Source of the DNA: Planctopirus limnophila DSM 3776
GTDB taxonomy: Bacteria; Planctomycetota; Planctomycetia; Planctomycetales; Planctomycetaceae
DNA: 32,000 nt
NCBI RefSeq assembly: GCF_000092105.1
Contig: NC_014148.1
Span: forward strand, 750,001 to 782,000
Reading direction: 5' to 3'
Below the pieces are notes generated by a model. That model made no database searches, had not been told where the DNA came from, and saw nothing but the letters and a program-made list of their open reading frames with translations. Position numbers and translations under genes: made by a program. This document shows positions 1-7,674 of this stretch, piece by piece (positions within the stretch are counted from its first letter, which is position 1; each line of letters begins with the position of its first letter).

Positions 1-451
1 GATCGCGCTGCAAAGGCGTGTGATCCTGGAAAGTCGCGCCACCTGCGAAATTCGCAGCCCCTGCGACATCTTCGATCTCTTTGAAAGCTTCAACAGAAAT
101 AAAATAACCTCCCTGAGCAGGGGTCACGCTGATGTAAGCTTTGCGGCGGATCGATTGTAGTGTGCTTTCCCAGCGGGAGTAGCCATCTGCCGAATCACGA
201 TGCCAGGGCTCAAGAATCCCTGCGCCGGTTTTAAATTTGGTCTCAATCACCCCATCGATACGACTTTCCCGTTCGATTTCGAACAGGTAATCGTGTACGA
301 CATCGACGGTAGTTTCCCACGCCTGCTCTTCATTCTGAGCCCGGACGAACAGCGGATTGCCCATCGGTTGGGCGGCTGTCTGCGGACCTCCAGCACAGCC
401 TGCAATCAGTAGCAGACCCCAAATCGCGAGGAAGTATCTGGTCGCATCCAT
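1..451 (-). CDS. Lipoprotein of unknown function (3' end cut by window edge)
   Basis: Minus-strand frame is open from the ATG (complement of 449-451) to the left edge. It is absent from the ORF track because no stop lies in the window. My translation starts MDATRYFLAIWGLLLIAGCAGGPQTAAQP, which is a signal peptide plus a canonical lipobox (L-I-A-G|C). Confidence 0.6.
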   Translation of the reverse strand, partial: MDATRYFLAIWGLLLIAGCAGGPQTAAQPMGNPLFVRAQNEEQAWETTVDVVHDYLFEIERESRIDGVIETKFKTGAGILEPWHRDSADGYSRWESTLQSIRRKAYISVTPAQGGYFISVEAFKEIEDVAGAANFAGGATFQDHTPLQRD

Positions 452-762
452 GCTGAACAATTTCCGTTTCCGCCTGGCAGATCCTTTGCGAAGCGACTGA
501 ACTGTGGGAAATCATCACAGAATCTCGCAAAGAAGGCCAAAACCAGCAAGACGAGTTCCACCGGCAGGCATCTCCCAGGAGAAACAAAGCGGAATTCGAT
601 AGATCACCTCAAAGCAAGGCTGCTCAATCACATAAGCAACGAGGGCCAGCCCCTATGGGACTGACCCTCGTTTCGTACCCAAATTGATTCAAGAACAAAA
701 ACTCGACGAAATCTCAGGAGAGATCTTCGTAAGGTGTTTTCGATCAGGAGTTTAGCGAGATT

Positions 763-1161
763 TCAGAATGTCACGGATTCAGTGGCAGCTGCATTGGCAG
801 GAACCAGTGCCGAAACTGGCTGCTCGATCTCGACAGTTGCCAGTGCGGCAGCGCGGCCCTTCATACTGCAGCAGCTCTGCTCTTCAGCCGTCCCCAGCAT
901 GGCCATGGCTTCTTCGTGGTTCTGGCTCAGTGGGCAGCAACCGCCACTGCTCTTCATGGAACAGGGAGAACTTTCAACGGGTTTGCCACTGATGGCGGCA
1001 ACAATATTGGCCTGTTCGCTCCAGGCCAAGGTCCCTGCAACACCTAACCCGAGGGCTGCGAGAACGAGCAGAAAGGGCTGGCTCTTCCGGGGAGCCGTGG
1101 CTGCGGGCGATTCCACGTAGCTCAAGGTGTCGTCTGTGGGAAGATTCTGTTGATCTGACAT
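763..1161 (-). CDS. Small single-pass membrane protein with duplicated Cys-rich C-S-M-K motifs
   Basis: 132-aa ORF with GGAG about 8 nt upstream of the ATG. One hydrophobic helix (PFLLVLAALGLGVAGTLAW). The C-terminal part has PCSMKSSGGCC and SCCSMK clusters separated by a His/Met-containing spacer (NHEEAMAML). The overlapping + strand ORFs lack such features. Confidence 0.55.
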   Translation of the reverse strand: MSDQQNLPTDDTLSYVESPAATAPRKSQPFLLVLAALGLGVAGTLAWSEQANIVAAISGKPVESSPCSMKSSGGCCPLSQNHEEAMAMLGTAEEQSCCSMKGRAAALATVEIEQPVSALVPANAAATESVTF

Positions 1162-1484
1162 GGCTCACTCCGAAGGGAAAGGAACGGGATTAATTCATGA
1201 AGAGGGTTTAAGCTACCGCAGATAAACCGCCTTAAGTGACTGTAATTAAGAGACTTGCGCCGTGGGGGGTAGAGTCTTTTTCGGTCTTGGTTTCAGAGAT
1301 CGTTATCACGCACACAGGAGTTACCTCGGGATTGTACCAGTGAACCCGCAGAAAACCAAAAAGCATTATTTGTGAATAATCCTGTGCAGAGCCATAAGCA
1401 CACCTTTGTCGACGAACTCATGTTTCTGGGAAGAGATCAGCGGCGTGGAAAAAAAGACCTTCCGAAGATAACCGCCTGTCACAC

Positions 1485-1514
1485 TTGGCGCTGCTCTCAC
1501 TGTTGAGATATCCT
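1485..1514 (+). promoter_or_regulatory. Putative sigma70-type promoter for tRNA-Ser
   Basis: TTGGCG (1485-1490), an 18-nt spacer, then TATCCT (1509-1514). A start about 7 nt downstream would coincide with the mature tRNA 5' end at 1522. This is a motif match only. Confidence 0.3.
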
Positions 1515-1521
1515 TCGCGGT

Positions 1522-1609
<88 letters not shown>

Positions 1610-1916
1610 TCCTATTGCAGTGGCATTGGGTTCATGTTGCGACCGCGTTGATTTCGGGGGCGAGGTACGATTGAACTTATCAAACGACGTGGGCTCCATA
1701 AGGCGATGTTGACCGCATTTGCCGAGAATTGCGTCCTGACGACCACCAAGAGATCTGAAAGCGGGGTCGATTCAACGCAATCCGATGGCCCAATGTAGAT
1801 TGACACGCGGGTGCCGACTGTTCTCGTCAATGTCCGCGGATCGATTCATTAGAAATTCAGTGACGGAGGCAAGGCGTGCGCCCCCGGGAGGGCGAGTGGG
1901 TTCAGGGAACTCGTGA

Positions 1917-2528
1917 ATGAGTCTCAGCAATTCGCCGGTACTCAAGTGTTCTCCGTCTGTGCGTCCTCGCTTCCTGTACCCTTTTCTGGTGATCGTTGTC
2001 GGGCTGTGGACTGTCGTGTTCGTTTCCACAGCGTTGGGTTTGGCAGTTAGCGCGTTCGAACGCAGGGTTCCAGACCAGGGTGCATCTTCCGGCCTATTCT
2101 GCACATGCATAGGGTTCTTACCTGCGTTGTTCGCAGTTAGTTTTCTCCAGAAAGGCCGACGGGTGTTCTGGATTGACCGCGAACACGGCAGTCTGACTTG
2201 CCTTCGCGAGCGATGGCGGTTCGATCGCGTCGAGTGGACGTTGCCGCTGACGGACGTGACGGAAGTCGCCTGTTACGACCTTCCGGCGCACTCGGATCAG
2301 GGGAATGATCGCGGGGTCTTCGTAATCCTGTGCACCGGTCAACCCGTGCTGGTCAGCCAGAGTATCCAGCACGGCGAAGTCATCTCAGCAGTTATTGGGT
2401 GCCCTTTCAAGCAAGTGACACGAGGGTTTGGCCTTTTAAACGATCAGACTGAATCGGTGATCAGCCGGATGCGCCCGCCACCAGAGGTGATCAGAATGGT
2501 CGGAATAGAATTTGAAGACGAGCGATGA
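1917..2528 (+). CDS. Hypothetical membrane protein (two N-terminal TM helices plus a soluble C-terminal domain)
   Basis: 203-aa ORF. Hydrophobic segments are FLYPFLVIVVGLWTVVFVSTALGLAV and LFCTCIGFLPALFAVSFL. I recognise no catalytic motif. First ORF downstream of the tRNA. Confidence 0.5.
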   Translation: MSLSNSPVLKCSPSVRPRFLYPFLVIVVGLWTVVFVSTALGLAVSAFERRVPDQGASSGLFCTCIGFLPALFAVSFLQKGRRVFWIDREHGSLTCLRERWRFDRVEWTLPLTDVTEVACYDLPAHSDQGNDRGVFVILCTGQPVLVSQSIQHGEVISAVIGCPFKQVTRGFGLLNDQTESVISRMRPPPEVIRMVGIEFEDER

Positions 2529-2966
2529 TTCCTCAAACCCGCATCCACGATGAAGCGCTATGGGTGGCGTTGGCGACACAGGCCAAACAAACACTTCCGT
2601 GCTTATCCGTTCGTATGGTTCAGTTCTCTTCCTCAGGAGCCGTGAGGACTCGCCGCCAATCGGCTTCCCACCCCCGAACCCCAGCGATAAAAAGTTCAAT
2701 TGGCGTCCTGTCCTCTCCGCTTTCTCGGCCCACACGGCCGAAAACGCAGATCAGTGGAGCATGAGAGCAGTTGATCAGTTGACAAGGAGTATTGCTCCAC
2801 TGCAGTTCACTGATCCTCTCCTGTTCTGGACGTTCTTTCTTTCTGTTCAAAGCCTTCGCGACTCAATTCCCCAAGAGATGGTCTTCATTCAGAGTGCTGG
2901 AGTGACCCTCTGCTGAGTGGTCCTCTCGGTTGAGTGATCTTCCCATTTGAGTAATCGTCTCAGTCG

Positions 2967-3284
2967 CCGCAGCCTTGGCCCCGGTTGAAATTCTGATTTC
3001 GACCGGAATGGTGGAGCAACAGCTGGTATGCTTTCCGGGCAACTCCAATTCTGACTCAGACTGGTAAGGGAGCAACAGGATCGCTCTCCGCGAGTTCCAA
3101 AATGCGATTGTCAAAATTGCGGCTTAGCGTAGTGTCAAAAAGTGCAATGCGGTGTGGAGGTTCGTTCGATGATCCGTCGCAACTCCTTGGATTGTCGAAC
3201 TCATCAAAATTGAAGAGTTCAATCCCCACCGACCAAGTAAGTTAATTCTCTGCAGCCGTTCGGCGGTCGAACAATTGCTATGTT
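2967..3284 (+). repeat. Composite intergenic repeat, copy 1 (full length)
   Basis: Shares three blocks with copy 2 (6167-6472). (a) A 35-nt core at 2983-3017 that matches 28/35 to copy 3. (b) The block GCGATTGTCAAAATTGCGGCTTAGCGT at 3104-3130, 23/27 identical to 6299-6325. (c) The 3' block GCAGCCGTTCGGCGGTCGAACA...ATGTT. All alignments were done by eye. Confidence 0.7.
3102..3135 (+). promoter_or_regulatory. Promoter-like block inside repeat copy 1
   Basis: Two readings fit: ATGCGA-N17-TAGCGT (3102-3130), or TTGTCA-N16-TAGTGT (3108-3135). The same architecture is conserved in copy 2. It lies about 180 nt upstream of the ATG at 3312. Confidence 0.3.
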
Positions 3285-3311
3285 GCCAAGCCGCGAGAAA
3301 CAGAGTTCCCG

Positions 3312-3731
3312 ATGCCACGCCTCGCCCAACTTGCTTTGATACTTACGCTGCTCACAATTGGCTCGTGCACTATGCAGAAAGAGATCCGGCCCGCGATCAT
3401 CTCCGACATTCGCCTCGATATCGAACGCTGTCCTGTTCACGACGAACCGCTGATCGAGGCCACAAACAGCGTCGATTTTGAACGCGGAAGTTACATGCCG
3501 TCATACTACAAAATCCGTCTCGCTTTATTTCCCTGTGCGTTCGACGATCCATACTCTGAGGGCGAAATGGCGATGGTCACCTATTGTTCAAAATGCAGGG
3601 CCGCGAAAAACATGTATTTGCTTGATTCACAACGCTCGAATCGAGAAGAAAAGTGGACTCAGGATCAGGATGTCGATGGATTGATAGAACGCCAGCGACA
3701 CGCATTGGATTTTCAAGACTCGAAGGAGTGA
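3312..3731 (+). CDS. Lipoprotein with CxxH...CxxC pattern, unknown function
   Basis: 139-aa ORF. N-terminus MPRLAQLALILTLLTIGSC gives a signal peptide plus lipobox I-G-S|C. It has CPVH and a later YCSKC, a possible zinc-ribbon-like pair. Confidence 0.6.
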   Translation: MPRLAQLALILTLLTIGSCTMQKEIRPAIISDIRLDIERCPVHDEPLIEATNSVDFERGSYMPSYYKIRLALFPCAFDDPYSEGEMAMVTYCSKCRAAKNMYLLDSQRSNREEKWTQDQDVDGLIERQRHALDFQDSKE

Positions 3732-3841
3732 ATCGTCTCCTAAGTCGAGTCTGCAAGATCGCTTTCGGCATCAGAAATGTGAGCTGAAGAGAAACCATGA
3801 ATTCACGAGCCCTGAGCCTGTCAGCTGCATGAAAAAGGGAA

Positions 3842-4267
3842 ATGCGAATGTCCGATAGATCTATTGCCGACGCTCCATCGACGACATTTTTTCAGAATCC
3901 CACTCGCGTTATTGCCTGCGTTTTACTTGCGGTGATTGGAATCGGGATGTCGGCATGGGCGTATCAGCTGAGTCCTGGTGGCCCGATCCTTACCTGGGGG
4001 ATACTTCCTGGTGCGCCGTTTGTGATTCTGGCAGGCCTGTCGCTCGTAATGCGAATTCCACTTCGTGTGACGATCGGAGCATACGTCGGAGGCTTGTTCG
4101 CCGTTTCCATTCCGTATGGGGCGATCTGGTACTCGTCTCTGAATTACAATGGCGGTGGTGCTAATATCGGTCTTGGGCTGCTGCTGATTGCAACACTGGT
4201 TCTTCTGCCGATTCCAATGCTGATCGGTGGGTTCCTTGGCTGGGTGGTCGGTGCGACACACAAATAG
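3842..4267 (+). CDS. Small integral membrane protein (about 4 TM)
   Basis: 141-aa ORF, almost entirely hydrophobic and Gly-rich helices (VIACVLLAVIGIGMSAWAY, APFVILAGLSLVM, GAYVGGLFAVSIPYGAIWY, GLGLLLIATLVLLPIPMLIGGFLGWVVG). Confidence 0.6.
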   Translation: MRMSDRSIADAPSTTFFQNPTRVIACVLLAVIGIGMSAWAYQLSPGGPILTWGILPGAPFVILAGLSLVMRIPLRVTIGAYVGGLFAVSIPYGAIWYSSLNYNGGGANIGLGLLLIATLVLLPIPMLIGGFLGWVVGATHK

Positions 4268-4406
4268 TCGCTCTCGAGTGCGGCGAACAAGGCAGTTAAA
4301 CCGAACGGCGGATCGGGCGGATTCTGATATCAAAGGTTCTGGACGCTGCCGGGTATTCTTTGGTGTTATGGGGCTGGTGAGAGCCCGTTCCTCGTAAGGA
4401 GGATCT

Positions 4407-5531
4407 ATGAGAGTGTGCACACACGTCGGTATTGGGTTGGTTGTGGTGGCGGCTGTGTTGGGCGGGTCAGCAGCATCGATATCGGGTCAGGTACTGCGGT
4501 CTTCTGAAGAAGCAGCGGAGTTTCCGCACGCGTCACTGGCGTGCAAGCTGAAAATGGGCTCAATCACCGAGCGGGAAGTTGGTTCACCTTCCGGGACACT
4601 GTGTGACGCGACATGCAGCGTACTCGCGACTTTAAAGGGCCATCTGGGGAAGCAGGTGCAGATTACGTTCAGGCATCATGCGAATGGGCCACATAATCCA
4701 GGTATGGATACGGTCAAGGAAGGCGAAGTCTACGTTGTGATGTTGCGTGGTAAGACTTCGCCCTACGAGATGTTCGCAGTGATTAAGGCGGTAGACGCGG
4801 TCGTCGAACCGACATTTGGAACCAGGCCAGGGGAACGGTTGTTAGCAGAGTTGGTGGCGATGTGGAAGTCGAATGATCCGAAAATGCGCATCGCGGCAAT
4901 CGAGCAAATGGGAATAATTCGGGACAGGCGGGTGAGCGAAGAAGTGATCGCGGCGGCAAAGGATAAGGATGCGGAAACCGCGCGCGCTGGAGTCATCGCG
5001 CTATATCGCATGAAAATCGCCCCGGATGCGAAGCGGGTAATGGAGTTGTTCAACGAGCAGATTATGGAGGTCTGGTATCAGGAATCCGGCGAGCCACAGG
5101 AGGACGACAAGGGAGAGAAGATCTGGCGTCGCGATGCGGGTCACACTTTCCTGGAGCGCGGGTTGCCGGACTTTGACTACGCGACATACGTGCGGGAGGG
5201 AATCAAAAAGGAGTGGGTACGCAAGGATGATCAAACGCTGTACATGTTCTTCGGTGTCCCGTGGAAGGTGCAGCGGAAGGAGTGCGTTCCGGAATTGGTG
5301 AAACTTCTGGATGATCCGGACAAGAGGGTGCGGTGGTGGGCGGTACTTTGTCTGACGCATACAGTCGACGATGTGGATCGTCCGCAGTGGGAAGAGTACG
5401 AGCCACGGGAAGGCGAAGAATTGGCAAAGTGGCGGAAGTGGTGGAAGGAAAAAGGGGATGACTTTATGGCTGACACCGCCACTCAGCGGAGCAAACCTGA
5501 CATATTCCTTCGGCATGGTCATTCCCCATAA
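4407..5531 (+). CDS. Secreted HEAT-repeat protein
   Basis: 374-aa ORF with a strong SD (AAGGAGG) 6 nt upstream. N-terminal signal-like helix GIGLVVVAAVLGGSAAS. HEAT/PBS-lyase-like repeats: DPKMRIAAIEQMGIIRDRR, DKDAETARAGVIALYRM, DPDKRVRWWAVLCLTHT. Confidence 0.7.
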   Translation: MRVCTHVGIGLVVVAAVLGGSAASISGQVLRSSEEAAEFPHASLACKLKMGSITEREVGSPSGTLCDATCSVLATLKGHLGKQVQITFRHHANGPHNPGMDTVKEGEVYVVMLRGKTSPYEMFAVIKAVDAVVEPTFGTRPGERLLAELVAMWKSNDPKMRIAAIEQMGIIRDRRVSEEVIAAAKDKDAETARAGVIALYRMKIAPDAKRVMELFNEQIMEVWYQESGEPQEDDKGEKIWRRDAGHTFLERGLPDFDYATYVREGIKKEWVRKDDQTLYMFFGVPWKVQRKECVPELVKLLDDPDKRVRWWAVLCLTHTVDDVDRPQWEEYEPREGEELAKWRKWWKEKGDDFMADTATQRSKPDIFLRHGHSP

Positions 5532-5569
5532 CATAGCCTTGGAGCAGAATCGCGATAGCGATCGGTGAT

Positions 5570-6139
5570 ATGATGAGATTGTTGGCTGCGAACTTCTCAA
5601 GTTTTCGTTCAGCGGAGGAGGGTAGACACATTACTTATCCGATGGACTTGCGAGAGTTGTTCGAGGCCCGAGACGGCCGGCCGACCGAAGATCAGGCGGC
5701 TCGAAAGATCGCTACCTTCGCCGTCATCCCGGCGGCAATCGTTGGTCTGCTTGCCAGCACCCGACTGGTCGGTCTAGCCGATCCCATCGGACGACTTCTG
5801 TGGGTCTGCACGGCGGCCGCGTTGGCATCCGGGTTATGCATCGCGTTTCTGGTGTTGGGTATCTACTACCTGTTTGGATTCCGTCCGGTTGCCGTACTCG
5901 CAGACGCCCTGGTGGGTGTTTTCTATAGCTTATTGTGCGCTGCCACTTTAACCTTGCTGCTCATGTCGCTGAAGGTTGTCCCTCCTGGTTATGCGTTGTC
6001 CCCCTTGCTCCTGATCCCGTGCGCTGCCGTCGCAGTTCCACTCTTCCGGGCAAGGAGGGGAACGAAGCGCGACCGCAAAGCCGTCAGGGAGGCCGCAGAG
6101 TCCCACACCGCCGAACCAAGGGGTAAACCGGATTCATAG
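5570..6139 (+). CDS. Integral membrane protein (about 4 TM), unknown function
   Basis: 189-aa ORF starting 38 nt after the HEAT gene. It has a cytoplasmic N-terminus, four hydrophobic helices and a basic C-terminal tail (RARRGTKRDRK). Confidence 0.6.
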   Translation: MMRLLAANFSSFRSAEEGRHITYPMDLRELFEARDGRPTEDQAARKIATFAVIPAAIVGLLASTRLVGLADPIGRLLWVCTAAALASGLCIAFLVLGIYYLFGFRPVAVLADALVGVFYSLLCAATLTLLLMSLKVVPPGYALSPLLLIPCAAVAVPLFRARRGTKRDRKAVREAAESHTAEPRGKPDS

Positions 6140-6166
6140 CTGATGCGGGTTTTAAAACCTGGTTTT

Positions 6167-6472
6167 AGCCAGTAATCCAGGTTGAAGATCTGATTTCTAT
6201 CGGGGTGGTGAAGCAGAAAGAGGTTTGGTTTCCTCTTCGTGGCAATTCTGATTCAGGCGGGTTGGCGAGGAACGGTGTAGCTCACTGAGTTTCCGATTGC
6301 GATTATCAAAAGTGCGGCATAGCATATATGTCTAGAGCGGTGTAGCAAGGGAATCCGGTCAGCGCTCCGTTGTAACTTGTTTCGCGGTGTGACAAATCAA
6401 TTTCGACAAATTCATACTACACCGCCGAAGTACGGCAAAATTCTACCGCACTTCGGCGGTCGAATACATGTT
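6167..6472 (+). repeat. Composite intergenic repeat, copy 2 (full length)
   Basis: The 35-nt core at 6180-6214 is identical to copy 3 (7681-7715) at 33/35 positions. GCAATTCTGATTCAGG lies at 6242-6257. The promoter-like block is at 6297-6330. The hairpin at 6421-6460 has an 11-bp perfect stem ACCGCCGAAGT/ACTTCGGCGGT plus 3 more bp after one mismatch. The element ends at the conserved ATGTT (6468-6472). Confidence 0.75.
6297..6330 (+). promoter_or_regulatory. Promoter-like block inside repeat copy 2
   Basis: Two readings fit: TTGCGA-N17-TAGCAT (6297-6325), or TTATCA-N16-TATATG (6303-6330). It is positionally homologous to 3102-3135. Confidence 0.3.
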
Positions 6473-6956
6473 ATGCGAACATATCATGAAGACCACAGAA
6501 GTTCGACTTGAGGATCTCAGCAACGTCCGCTGTCGGTACTTCATGGCGGAGATTCCTGGACTTGAGCACCTACCAACGCTCATTGTCGAGTTCAGCGGGG
6601 AATGTGGCTTTGGTTCGGGCAGCAACGCTGATGCCTGCTACATGAACGGAATGATTGCCGCCGGATTTAAGGCGTGGGATCCCTCATGCTTCATTCTTGA
6701 TTTGCGACGCCTGAAATACGAATGGGGCGACATGATGACCGCGATCTTCGCGCCGCCGCATGAGCTCATTTCAATGAACGATGAAGAAGTTGAGTTTCCC
6801 TTTGCCGCTATCGTTTCCGACCTAAACCGAGACGGACTCACCAGCCTCGTAAAAGAGGAGATGCGGGGCAACCCCGAAGCTCTCTTGTTCGAGACATTTG
6901 ACGATGCTCAAGAGCGAGTGACTGCAATCGCAAAACAAACATATCACATCGCATAA
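6468..6956 (+). CDS. Small acidic cytoplasmic protein, unknown function (immunity-protein-like by context)
   Basis: 162-aa ORF with no signal peptide or TM segment. An alternative start is ATG 6486 (MKTTEV...). The ATG at 6468 belongs to the conserved end of the repeat. Confidence 0.6.
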   Translation: MLCEHIMKTTEVRLEDLSNVRCRYFMAEIPGLEHLPTLIVEFSGECGFGSGSNADACYMNGMIAAGFKAWDPSCFILDLRRLKYEWGDMMTAIFAPPHELISMNDEEVEFPFAAIVSDLNRDGLTSLVKEEMRGNPEALLFETFDDAQERVTAIAKQTYHIA

Positions 6957-6961
6957 CAATC

Positions 6962-7046
6962 GGTTCAACCGCAGCCGCAGGCCGCGCGGTTTCTGAAATC
7001 AATGTCATTCGCCGCGGCCGGGTGAACGCTGTCGTTCGGCAGTAGT
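6962..7046 (+). repeat. Short degenerate relative of the intergenic repeat (copy 4)
   Basis: CCGCAGCC..GGCC..CGGTT..TCTGA (6969-6996) resembles the left end of copy 1 (2967-2996). GCTGTCGTTCGGCAGT (7028-7043) matches 13/16 to GCAGCCGTTCGGCGGT of copy 1. It contains a GC-rich stem GGCCGCG/CGCGGCC. The GGTTGAA core is present only inverted (GGTTCAACC, 6962-6970). Confidence 0.3.
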
Positions 7047-7065
7047 ATCGGATACCAATCGCCAG

Positions 7066-7632
7066 ATGATTTTCGGGAATCCAGAAGACTTCGCGATCGA
7101 GGCAATGACGGAACCGCATTTGATAGCTCCGTCGGCCGTGTGGAGCCGAATGTGTCTGCATATTGATGATGTTACGCTAGGGGATTTCTCGGACGAACAT
7201 TGTGGACTGTACGGCGCTTACTGTGGGTTCAAAGAACTGCTCAACACGAGCGCTCGACTATGGGACGAATCATTTGATGGGCTATCTCTCGAGCAGATCC
7301 ACGATCTCGTTCGCAATGCAATTTATGGGGACGATGACAGGACCATGTCGGCGATCCTCGAAGACTCGCAGCGATACCGTCGTTTTGATTTCCTCACAAA
7401 TTGGGGTGAGCAATTCGACGGATTTGCATCTGTGATAATCCAAGAAGATGAAGAAACAACGACGATTCTGCATCGACCGCATTCCGCATTTGCACGTCAA
7501 CGAGAGCCGGGGCCATTTGTTGTCGCGACTTGCAGTACTATTAGATTTCAGAATGCCTGTGCCTCGCTGGTTCAATGGTTTGACCAAGAAACTGAAAGGC
7601 TCGCACTGATTGAAGGCAGAACCAAGCCGTGA
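7066..7632 (+). CDS. Small cytoplasmic protein, possibly Imm42-like immunity protein
   Basis: 188-aa ORF. The N-terminus MIFGNPEDFAIEA resembles, from memory, the N-terminal signature of Imm42-family immunity proteins (MI.G[DN]P..FAIE). This has not been verified with an HMM. No signal peptide or TM segment. Confidence 0.6.
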   Translation: MIFGNPEDFAIEAMTEPHLIAPSAVWSRMCLHIDDVTLGDFSDEHCGLYGAYCGFKELLNTSARLWDESFDGLSLEQIHDLVRNAIYGDDDRTMSAILEDSQRYRRFDFLTNWGEQFDGFASVIIQEDEETTTILHRPHSAFARQREPGPFVVATCSTIRFQNACASLVQWFDQETERLALIEGRTKP

Positions 7633-7633
7633 A

Positions 7634-7658
7634 CCGGAGCACGCGATCCGGCGTTTTT
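7634..7658 (+). terminator. Weak intrinsic terminator after the 7066-7632 gene
   Basis: Stem CCGGA/TCCGG (7634-7638 with 7647-7651), an 8-nt loop, then CGTTTTT. It starts 2 nt after the stop codon. Confidence 0.4.
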
Positions 7659-7674
7659 GAAGTGGACGCAGGGT

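Noticed and set aside
734-1120. 128-aa + strand ORF overlapping the Cys-rich protein gene
   Set aside because: The minus-strand ORF has a GGAG ribosome-binding site, a TM helix and repeated Cys motifs. The + strand ORF lacks an RBS and has Ala/Ser-rich low complexity.
1612-2110. Minus-strand ORFs (72 and 112 aa) next to the tRNA as possible remnants of a tyrosine integrase
   Set aside because: I could recognise no integrase box motifs (R...HxxR...Y) or an N-terminal SAM-like pattern. The 112-aa ORF also overlaps the start of the + strand membrane-protein gene.
3214-3232. GAGTTCAATCCCCACC resembles the tRNA-Ser T-arm and 3' end (GGGTTCGAATCCCCCC), so it could be an att-type direct repeat marking an island boundary
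   Set aside because: The match is short and imperfect and lies inside the repeat element. The homologous position in copy 2 (AAATTCATACTACACC) does not resemble the tRNA. I saw no tRNA 3'-end duplicate near 7650-7905 either.
5001-5600. 199-aa ORF antisense to the HEAT-repeat gene
   Set aside because: The sense ORF has a strong SD, a signal peptide and HEAT repeats. The antisense ORF has none of these and would collide with the next gene's start.
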